In this document: positions 5,529-11,835 of the stretch, in pieces
How positions within the stretch are numbered: the first letter of the stretch is position 1
Layout of the letters: each line of letters starts with the position of its first letter
IMG/VR virus record: IMGVR_UViG_3300045988_078946
Reading direction: 5' to 3' (one strand)
DNA length: 11,835 nt
Source of the DNA: a virus
The notes under the pieces: generated by a model
Database searches by the model: none
The model's input: only the letters and a program-made list of their open reading frames with translations
What the model was told of the DNA's origin: nothing
Translations under genes and position numbers: made by a program

Positions 5529-6595
5529 TGGAGAAAGAAAACTTATATAATAGGTATCAAACAGAAGTTAAAAACAAAGATTCTGCATTATTCACATTTA
5601 TGCAACGTGTTCTTTGTATGACTTCAAAGATGTTTGAGTACACGGGTACACCCGAAACAATGCCCCCTGTAGAACTTGAAAAGATTCTGCAAACATCGGG
5701 TAACGTTGGTATCGCAAAAGTAAACGGGGGACTGTATGCTTTACAGGGTACACGGGGCGGTGAATGTGATGCGTATTATCACGGCAAAGATTACGTGGTT
5801 GCGAACCCGTGGTTAAATTTGAACAAAACGTTTAAAATCGATTCCGATATTGTCATTATCAACAATACACCGTTTGCAGATTCACTTTTGCCAATAATCG
5901 GCAAATATGGTGTACTTTACACCGATGCGACAATAACACTTAATTTGGCTAGCATTTTAACACGTATCACTATGTTAATTTCTGCTAGTGACGATAAAAC
6001 CAAACAAAGCGCAGAATCTTTCTTGCAGAAGATTTTAAACGGTGATTTCTCAGTAATCGGTGAAAATGCCTTTTTCAAAGGTGTTAACTTACAAACACCA
6101 CCGACACAGGGAAACCAACAAATAGGGCAATTAATTGAACTTTTGCAGTACTATAAGGCTTCAATGTTCAACGATTTAGGTTTGAATGCAAACTATAATA
6201 TGAAACGTGAACGATTGAACACGCAAGAGGTTTCAATGAATATAGACGCTTTAATGCCGTTCGTTGATTCAATGTTAACAGAACGTGTCGAGGGTGTGAA
6301 ACGTGTTAACGAAATGTTTGGTACGGATATTACGGTAACGTTGGGGTCTAGTTGGAAGATTGAGCACGAAAATTATTTGTCGTTACTCAAAGCCACAGAA
6401 GAGGGACACGAACACACCGAAACGGAAGACGTTGACTCAGTAAAGGAAAACGAAACAGAAGAAACGCAAGAAACAGAAGAAACAGAAACAGAAACAGAAG
6501 AAACAGAAGAAACAGAAGAAACGGAAACAGAAACAGAAGAAAATGAAGAAACAGAAGAAACAGAAGAAAAAGAAGAGAAAGAAGATGAAAATTAA
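5528..6595 (+). CDS. Portal / head-tail connector protein, phi29 gp10-like, 355 aa, with an acidic E/T-repeat C-terminal tail
   Basis: [30 protein letters not shown] matches phi29 gp10 [50 protein letters not shown] matches [36 protein letters not shown] matches CEKINELYGLNVKVKF (phi29 sequence from memory). Confidence 0.9.
   Translation: [355 protein letters not shown]
6446..6592. repeat. Purine-rich coding microsatellite (GAAACA / GAAGAAACA units) at the 3' end of the portal gene
   Basis: gaaacagaagaaacgcaagaaacagaagaaacagaaacagaaacagaagaaacagaagaaacagaagaaacggaaacagaaacagaagaaaatgaagaaacagaagaaacagaagaaaaagaagagaaagaagatgaaaat. It translates as [47 protein letters not shown]. Confidence 0.9.
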
Positions 6596-7154
6596 CGAAC
6601 TTTTCACGGGTGAAAATGGTTTGTTTGAAAAAATCTTTGCGCCCCTGTTTCCTGTTTTGTACAAATCAATTTTCGGGGACGATGAACCGAAAGTAATTGA
6701 TATTGATTTACGTTTCAAATATGGAAACAGAACTCTAGTTGATGCAGTCACAAACGAAACTGCAACCGATATTGTTAAAAGCATTATCACGGTGAAGTTT
6801 GATGAATGGCAAAAACAGATTCAAGTGTTTAATAATGAATATGATGTGTTGAACCCTGTAACGTCAAAGACAACGGAAACAACAAATAATACCGTTGACG
6901 AAACAGGCAATAACAACACCATCGATTCAAGTGTAACTTTTAATGATGGAGATTTTGGCAATGACACAAAGCAGCAAAGAGATTCCACAGGAAACCGACA
7001 AGAAACGGGCACGAAAACAGTTGTTAGAAACGGTGTTCCATCTAGCGTTCCTACTAGCGAAATTATTCAAAAAGAAATGAATCTCAGAAAAACCAACTTT
7101 AAAACACAGGTGGTAACAGAGATTGTAAAAGAAATTAGTTTAGATATTTATTAA
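6585..7154 (+). CDS. Virion structural protein of unknown role, 190 aa (203 aa if started at 6543); lower collar/adaptor or scaffold candidate
   Basis: The ORF lies between the portal and major capsid genes. ATG 6585 overlaps the portal stop by 11 nt. The upstream ATG 6543 would add MKKQKKQKKKKRKK, read from the portal repeat in another frame. The central T/N/S/G-rich segment (about aa 90-165) flanked by helical ends could form a long beta-hairpin like the phi29 gp11 tube, but that is speculative. Confidence 0.75.
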   Translation: MKINELFTGENGLFEKIFAPLFPVLYKSIFGDDEPKVIDIDLRFKYGNRTLVDAVTNETATDIVKSIITVKFDEWQKQIQVFNNEYDVLNPVTSKTTETTNNTVDETGNNNTIDSSVTFNDGDFGNDTKQQRDSTGNRQETGTKTVVRNGVPSSVPTSEIIQKEMNLRKTNFKTQVVTEIVKEISLDIY

Positions 7155-7173
7155 TTCTTAAATTTTATATAAA

Positions 7174-8358
7174 ATGGAAGTAAAGCAAATTTATACGCTT
7201 ATTAATAGCGTTTCATCTGAGGTTTTGGGTAAAACCGATTTGGTACACGAAGACCTCACAGGTATCGTTGATTTGGGTAATGAGGTATTTAATCAGAATG
7301 CCGTTGACAATTACGTTAAATCACTTGTAAACCATATCGGTAAGGTGGTTTTCGTGAACCGTCCATATTCGGGTAAAGTTCCATCTATCCTTATGGATGC
7401 GTGGGAATTTGGTAGCGTATTGGAGAAAATCAGCGCAGATGTTCCACAGGCTGAAGAAAACGATACCTGGAATCTCACAGACGGTAAAGAGTACAAACAG
7501 GACGTGTTCCACAAACCAACGGTTTCTGCTAAGTTCTTCAACTCAAAGGTGACTTTTGAAGTTCCTGTATCTATCACAGAAAGACAGGTAAAGGAATCTT
7601 TCAGCAGCTCAGAACAATTGAACGGTTTCCTGTCAATGATTTATTCAGCAGTTGAAAAGTCAATGACTATCAAGACCGATGCGCTTGTTATGCGTACTAT
7701 TAACAATATGATTGCGGAAACTTTGGACGCAGACAAGACATCTTTTGGTTTCGTACCGTCAACACACGAAAAAGTTGACTATGCGAGTGCATCAACAGTT
7801 CGTTGTGTGAACCTGTTGAAACTTTACAACGAAAAGACGGGTGCGGCTTTGACTGCAAACGTAGCAGTAACAACCCCAGACTTTATTCGTTTCGCTGCAT
7901 ATATGATGGGTTTGTATGCAGACAGATTGCAGACAATTTCAACCCTGTTTAACGTTGGCGGTAAGGAACGTTTCACACCGAAAGACGTTTTGCATACCGT
8001 TCTGTTGTCCGATTTCGCAACAGCAGCAAAGACATACCTATATGCCGACACGTTCCATAATGAGAACGTTTTGTTACCACAGGCGGAAACCGTGGCAAGT
8101 TGGCAGGCAACGGGCAAAGATTACGCTTTTGACAACGTTTCAAAGATTGATGTAAAATCTGCTAGCGGTGCAAACGTTTCCATCGGTGGCGTATTGGGTG
8201 TTATGTTTGACCGTGACGCTTTAGGTGTTACCAATTTGGATAAGCGAGTAACGACCAACTACAACGCCAAAGCAGAATTTTTCAACAATTACTTCAAATT
8301 CGATGCCGGCTACTTCAACGACACAAACGAAAACTTTGTTGTGTTCTTTGTCGCCTAA
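7174..8358 (+). CDS. Major capsid protein, phi29 gp8-like (HK97 fold), 394 aa
   Basis: Its N-terminal region AVDNYVKSLVNHIGKVVFVNRP...GSVLEKISADV parallels phi29 gp8 [21 protein letters not shown]...GRTIEEIYTDI (from memory). It is the largest late ORF after the portal and is followed by a strong terminator, as is typical of highly expressed capsid genes. Confidence 0.85.
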   Translation: MEVKQIYTLINSVSSEVLGKTDLVHEDLTGIVDLGNEVFNQNAVDNYVKSLVNHIGKVVFVNRPYSGKVPSILMDAWEFGSVLEKISADVPQAEENDTWNLTDGKEYKQDVFHKPTVSAKFFNSKVTFEVPVSITERQVKESFSSSEQLNGFLSMIYSAVEKSMTIKTDALVMRTINNMIAETLDADKTSFGFVPSTHEKVDYASASTVRCVNLLKLYNEKTGAALTANVAVTTPDFIRFAAYMMGLYADRLQTISTLFNVGGKERFTPKDVLHTVLLSDFATAAKTYLYADTFHNENVLLPQAETVASWQATGKDYAFDNVSKIDVKSASGANVSIGGVLGVMFDRDALGVTNLDKRVTTNYNAKAEFFNNYFKFDAGYFNDTNENFVVFFVA

Positions 8359-8376
8359 TTTGGTTGTTTAACTGTT

Positions 8377-8421
8377 GGGGTGTGTTTCCTGTAGTTGATA
8401 GAACAGGGGCACACCCTTTTT
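8377..8421 (+). terminator. Rho-independent terminator after the capsid gene
   Basis: GGGTGTG (8378-8384) pairs with CACACCC (8410-8416), with an inner stem CCTGT/ACAGG, followed by TTTTT (8417-8421). Confidence 0.75.
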
Positions 8422-8434
8422 AACTTTTTGCGGT

Positions 8435-8878
8435 ATGATTAAAATTAAAACTTTCGTTTACAACGGCAAACCAAACGAAGTAAACAAGACTTTACAGGCA
8501 AACGAAGAGTACACGGGCGTATTGAATGCAACGTTTAATGTTTTAACGCCTGTTGTACGTTTCAGAACTCGCACGCCTGTAACTTTCAATTACGTTTACA
8601 TCGAAAGTTTGAACCGTTATTATTTTGTTTCTGAGAAACAACAAGACGGTGATATTTGCACAGTTCGTTTGCGTGTTGACGTTCTGTTTACTTATAAGGA
8701 TATTATCTTAAACAGTACTGCAACGTTAACAAAAAGTGAAAACGGTAACAAATATCTTTCAAACCGTACAAACGTGGTGGACGTTCGCCCGAATATCAGA
8801 AAACTAGATTTTCCGAATAAAGGGTTGTTGAACGAAACAGGTAGTATTATTATGGTAACTATTAAAGGTAACGTTTAA
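8435..8878 (+). CDS. Tail protein resembling the N-terminal domain of the phi29 gp9 tail knob, 147 aa
   Basis: FNYVYIESLNRYYFVSEKQQDGDICTVRLRVDVLFTY parallels phi29 gp9 [43 protein letters not shown] (from memory). It sits directly upstream of the large tail gene. Confidence 0.7.
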   Translation: MIKIKTFVYNGKPNEVNKTLQANEEYTGVLNATFNVLTPVVRFRTRTPVTFNYVYIESLNRYYFVSEKQQDGDICTVRLRVDVLFTYKDIILNSTATLTKSENGNKYLSNRTNVVDVRPNIRKLDFPNKGLLNETGSIIMVTIKGNV

Positions 8879-8880
8879 TT

Positions 8881-10413
8881 ATGGCAAATTTATTAACTTA
8901 CGATACATCGGATTTTACGGGTGACGTTACAATTACCGACAAACAGGGAACGGACGCACACCATTTTATTGTAACAGTAACGGGAAACGGTGACGGTACG
9001 TTTACCGATTTAAAAGCTAGTTATCAAAATTGGGACGGTGATTGGGTTGCAGATACCCCGTTTAACGTTTCGGGCAACGTTGGTACACTCACGGTTTATT
9101 GCTCTAGAGGTGACGAAATTTCTATAACAGGTAAATTTATTTCGGGTGTAAAGGAACTGCAAATAACTAACAATATCACAAACACAACTGCAAAAGCTGA
9201 TGCAAGTGAAACAAATTACACCGTAACCGTTACAGGAACAGCACAGGGAATGTTTAACGGAACGCCTACAATAACATATGGTGGCGAAACTTACGAAATG
9301 ACCGTAATAAACCAAACTGCAACAATTATTGTGCCTATTGCAACCGAATCGGTTATTATAAACGGTGAATATTTGTTAGGTGATTTTATTGAAGTTGATT
9401 ACAGTTTAACAAATTGTGAAATTGTTGGTGATAAGCCCGTAAAGGTAAAAACGGGGCAAAGTTACACGTTTAATTTCAAAGCGAACACGAATGCAGAATT
9501 AACAGAGATACAGGCAAATTTCATAAACGATTCGGGCGACACTATTATAAGTAACGGCACGATTTCGGAAAATAAGCAAACGGGCACAGTAACGATTAAT
9601 TTAACATCGGGTGCGTCACAGTTTACAGTTTATGCAAATGCCGATGTAGTGCAACCGCCAACGATTAAAAATTACGGTGCAATAAATGTTTATATTGTTA
9701 CGTTGGAAAATTTGGACGAATTTTCAAAGAAACGTTTCTTTAAACCAACGGGCGAAAATGACACGGGCACAACTTATTCTGAGGTTAATTTGGGTACTTA
9801 TGTAAACCGTATCAAAAGAATATTTGCAACCGTTCCTGTAGGCGGTGACGATGTTTTGAAATGCGGTAACCACAACACGGGGATAAATGTTAAATATCCC
9901 GATAGTGATGTTATGTTACTAGATTTCGGCAACGTTGAACTAACAGGGGCAAACGGTAACAATGAAGACTTTAACGCACAGATACAAATGTTTATCCCAT
10001 GCCGTGGCGTTGTTTCTATTGATAGTAATTACATCGGAAAAACGGTTAATTTGTCTATCAAAGTTAACGTGATTACAGGTGATGCAGTGGCTTTGCTGTC
10101 GTGCGATGGTGTAACGTTCCAAATTGAAAGTTTTTCTTTGTCACGTGATGTTATTTACCGTTTGGGCACAGATTTAAACGTTGTTGGCGGTGAACAATGG
10201 AACGAACAAATTTTGTACGGTTTAGAACCTTACGTTTTGATTACTGAAAATTTAACCGTAAACGTTCCTGTTAACAACACACAGGAAAACGTGACAGTTA
10301 AAGACGTTACAGGGTTTGCACAGTTTGAAAACGTGAATTTGAACGCTGCAAATTTGTTGGTTGACGAGTACAACGATATTATAAATCAGTTGGAAACAGG
10401 CGTTTATTTATAA
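8881..10413 (+). CDS. Tail knob / receptor-binding tail protein, 510 aa; three N-terminal beta-sandwich-like repeats plus a gp9-like C-terminal domain
   Basis: The N-terminal ~255 aa contain three ~80-aa T/N/G-rich modules with recurring signatures (FIVTVTGNGDGTF, YTVTVTGTAQGMF, TGTVTINLTSGASQF). In the C-terminal half, IQMFIPCRGVVSIDSNYIGKTVNLSIKVNVITGDA resembles phi29 gp9 [40 protein letters not shown] (from memory). It is the last gene of the late operon. Confidence 0.75.
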   Translation: MANLLTYDTSDFTGDVTITDKQGTDAHHFIVTVTGNGDGTFTDLKASYQNWDGDWVADTPFNVSGNVGTLTVYCSRGDEISITGKFISGVKELQITNNITNTTAKADASETNYTVTVTGTAQGMFNGTPTITYGGETYEMTVINQTATIIVPIATESVIINGEYLLGDFIEVDYSLTNCEIVGDKPVKVKTGQSYTFNFKANTNAELTEIQANFINDSGDTIISNGTISENKQTGTVTINLTSGASQFTVYANADVVQPPTIKNYGAINVYIVTLENLDEFSKKRFFKPTGENDTGTTYSEVNLGTYVNRIKRIFATVPVGGDDVLKCGNHNTGINVKYPDSDVMLLDFGNVELTGANGNNEDFNAQIQMFIPCRGVVSIDSNYIGKTVNLSIKVNVITGDAVALLSCDGVTFQIESFSLSRDVIYRLGTDLNVVGGEQWNEQILYGLEPYVLITENLTVNVPVNNTQENVTVKDVTGFAQFENVNLNAANLLVDEYNDIINQLETGVYL

Positions 10414-10420
10414 AAGAAAT

Positions 10421-10442
10421 AGGCGGTAAATTGTTACCGCCT
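10421..10442. terminator. Bidirectional rho-independent terminator between the convergent late and right-arm operons
   Basis: AGGCGGTAA (10421-10429) pairs with TTACCGCCT (10434-10442) around a 4-nt loop. The + strand has T-rich GTTTTCTTATTTTTT downstream, and the - strand transcript has T-rich ATTTCTTTT downstream. Confidence 0.8.
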
Positions 10443-10448
10443 GTTTTC

Positions 10449-10697
10449 TTATTTTTTATTAGTAAATTCGTAGGCTAGATTTTTGCTATAAATAAAATCC
10501 AAAGCACGGTTTTTCTTTGCCGTTTCTTCATCAAGTTTGCACGAAATAGTTTTTATTACTAAGGTTTGCGCCTTTAGTGTATCAATAACAGAATTTAATA
10601 ACATACCGTTTGTACCTGTTGTGTTTTCTGCTATGTACTGCAAATTTACTGTTGAAACTTTAATTGACTTCAACAAAATTTTTATTGCTTTATCCAT
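10449..10697 (-). CDS. Hypothetical protein, 82 aa, predicted mostly helical, no TM segment
   Basis: The ORF starts 2 nt after the endolysin stop and is the last gene before the bidirectional terminator. I recognise no motif. Confidence 0.6.
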   Translation of the reverse strand: MDKAIKILLKSIKVSTVNLQYIAENTTGTNGMLLNSVIDTLKAQTLVIKTISCKLDEETAKKNRALDFIYSKNLAYEFTNKK

Positions 10698-10699
10698 AA

Positions 10700-11125
10700 C
10701 TATTTCTTTTCCAAATTCATTATAATTTGGTTACGGGGTTTACCGTTACGTGGACAAACTGAAACGTGAAACCAAAATGAGTTCGTGAAACCTTTGCGGT
10801 GTTCTTTAATAAGTTGGTCGAAACCGCCTGTTTCTCTCAGAACCTTTTCTAAAGATTCCATATCAGCACAAACCAAATCAGCGGCTAAACCTTTTTGGTG
10901 TTGACTGTTAACAACACCCCCAACTGCTTTATTTAACATCGGGCAACGATACCCACTACTAACTAAGATAGGTTTACCCAACTTTGCACGAATGCCGTCT
11001 AAATAATCAGCCAAACGATTCAAGTTGTCAACTATTTCAAACGTTGGTGTATTATCAATGCCCAAACGTTTTGCGGTTGCTGAGTTGATGAACTCGGACA
11101 ATTTAAAATACTTAATTCTTTTCAT
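10700..11125 (-). CDS. Endolysin, Peptidase_M15_3 (zinc D-Ala-D-Ala carboxypeptidase-like / L-Ala-D-Glu peptidase fold), 141 aa
   Basis: Family signature FKLSEFINSATAKRLGIDNTP...SSGYRCPMLNKAVGGVVNSQHQKGLAADL with the H-x6-D zinc ligands, plus a distal His in FWFHVS. There is no signal peptide or TM segment. Confidence 0.88.
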   Translation of the reverse strand: MKRIKYFKLSEFINSATAKRLGIDNTPTFEIVDNLNRLADYLDGIRAKLGKPILVSSGYRCPMLNKAVGGVVNSQHQKGLAADLVCADMESLEKVLRETGGFDQLIKEHRKGFTNSFWFHVSVCPRNGKPRNQIIMNLEKK

Positions 11126-11130
11126 ATCAC

Positions 11131-11334
11131 TTATTTATTTTCTTTTGGTGTAATAATAAACCACTTGCGAGAATCTTTGTGCGTTGGAAAACGCCCCTTT
11201 ACAGTTATTGAACAATCGCCCTGTAAGTAATCAATCTTATTATTAAAGAACTCGCTTACTTTGTCAGAACGTACCATAAAAACCGTAACTTTGTCGTCTT
11301 GTTTTAATGTGATTCTAAAATATGAATGTTCCAT
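11131..11334 (-). CDS. Hypothetical protein, 67 aa, first gene of the right-arm operon
   Basis: It is the first ORF downstream of the right ITR promoter (leader about 30 nt) and lies 5 nt upstream of the endolysin gene. I recognise no motif. Confidence 0.6.
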   Translation of the reverse strand: MEHSYFRITLKQDDKVTVFMVRSDKVSEFFNNKIDYLQGDCSITVKGRFPTHKDSRKWFIITPKENK

Positions 11335-11370
11335 AATCTTTATAATTTAATTGTTTCTTAATTTCTGCTG

Positions 11371-11402
11371 CAAAGATATAACGTTTTTGCGAAACCACCA
11401 AA
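11371..11402 (-). promoter_or_regulatory. Inward-facing right-arm promoter (ITR copy of the left early promoter)
   Basis: On the - strand: TTTG (11399-11402), a 20-bp spacer, then TATCTTTG (11371-11378). It differs from the left copy only at the base just 5' of the -7 element (11379). Confidence 0.65.
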
Positions 11403-11457
11403 TTATTTTCGTTAAAAAGTCTTAAAGAAATAAATTAACTGTTGTTAACACTTGTTT

Positions 11458-11535
11458 GTTCCACGTGAAACAGTTTTCATTGTTTGCCCCTTTGTTCCAC
11501 GTGAAACATTTATTTACCAACGTTCCACGTGAAAC
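11458..11535. promoter_or_regulatory. Mirror cluster of three GTTCCACGTGAAAC boxes in the right ITR
   Basis: Exact copies at 11458-11471, 11494-11507 and 11522-11535, which are the reverse complements of the left ITR boxes. Confidence 0.7.
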
Positions 11536-11567
11536 ATTATTTTTATGAAAGTTTAACAGTGTTAACG

Positions 11568-11835
11568 GTGTGTTAAATGTGTTAAAGAATGGTAAATGCG
11601 GCACAGAGCAAAAAGCGTGCCAAAGTGTGTTATGAAGTGTTAAATATGTTAAAGAATGGTAAATGCGGCACAGAGCAAAAAGCGTGCCAAAGTGTGTTAT
11701 GAAGTGTTAAATATGTTAAAGAATGGTAAATGCGGCACAGAGCAAAAAGCGTGCCAAAGTGTGTTATGAAGTGTTAAATATGTTAAAGAATGGTAAATGC
11801 GGCACAGAGCAAAAAGCGTGCCAAAGTGTGTTATG
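11568..11835. repeat. Tandem array of four 67-bp direct repeats inside the right ITR (mirror of 1-268)
   Basis: Reverse complement of the left array, read directly in lines 11581-11835. Confidence 0.95.

Larger units (their letters stand above)
11369..11835. repeat. Right inverted terminal repeat (ITR), about 467 bp
   Basis: Reverse complement of 1-467 (mapping x to 11836-x), with a single mismatch at 11379. Confidence 0.95.

Noticed and set aside
6437-6790. 117-aa antisense ORF across the portal repeat (FFCFFCF... peptide)
   Set aside because: It is the low-complexity complement of the purine-rich repeat, antisense to two well-supported genes, with no promoter.
8860-8900. Programmed frameshift or read-through fusing 8435..8878 with 8881..10413 into one gp9-sized protein
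   Set aside because: The junction (ggtaacgtttaattatggca) has no slippery heptamer or downstream structure that I can see. A normal ATG follows the stop by 2 nt, so separate, translationally coupled genes are the simpler reading.
499-10725. Other nested or antisense track ORFs: 499..696(-), 578..889(-), 2017..2223(-), 2308..2490(-), 4654..4857(-), 6821..7012(-), 7311..7577(-), 7321..7512(-), 7824..8117(-), 7916..8155(+), 9010..9315(-), 9940..10122(-), 10537..10725(+)
   Set aside because: All are embedded in, or antisense to, longer ORFs with recognisable phage functions. They have Cys/Phe/Arg-skewed low-plausibility compositions and no associated promoter motifs. They are treated as chance ORFs in an AT-rich genome.
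1-11835. ITRs plus a protein-primed PolB could indicate a transposon-like element (casposon or polinton-like) or a linear plasmid
   Set aside because: No integrase, Cas1 or transposase is present. A full phi29-type virion module (portal, capsid, tail, packaging ATPase) and an endolysin are present, and the ITRs sit at the very ends of the sequence. A virus genome is the better explanation.

Overview
The window looks like a complete, very small (11,835 bp) linear dsDNA genome of a phi29-like (Picovirinae-type) podophage. It is bounded by inverted terminal repeats (ITRs) of about 467 bp: 456 bp perfect, one mismatch, then 10 more matching bases.

Gene layout:
- Left arm (+ strand): two small early genes, a candidate terminal protein, a protein-primed family B DNA polymerase with all Exo and Pol motifs readable, and a phi29 gp16-like packaging ATPase.
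- Central late operon (+ strand): a YvrJ-like one-TM protein, a phi29 gp10-like connector/portal, a 190-203 aa structural protein, a phi29 gp8-like major capsid protein, a small protein resembling the N-terminal domain of the phi29 gp9 tail knob, and a 510 aa tail protein.
- Right arm (- strand): a 67 aa orphan, a Peptidase_M15_3 endolysin and an 82 aa orphan.

Non-coding structure:
- Each ITR carries four tandem 67-bp repeats with helically phased TAACA motifs.
- Each ITR also has three copies of a 14-16 bp CACGTG-centred near-palindrome and an inward-facing promoter.
- A perfect 16-bp version of that palindrome sits once more mid-genome. It lies inside the early-operon terminator hairpin, immediately upstream of the late promoter.
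- All three promoters have the form TTTG-N20-TAtcTTTG, which matches the Bacteroidota sigma-A consensus, and genes lack Shine-Dalgarno sequences. This suggests a Bacteroidota host, which would be unusual for this phage type.

Other oddities: an E/T-rich acidic repeat tail on the portal whose DNA also encodes a lysine-rich peptide in an overlapping frame, an apparently split tail-knob gene, and an endolysin driven by a copy of the early ITR promoter.

Limits: protein family calls rest on motifs and on remembered phi29 protein sequences. No database search was run.
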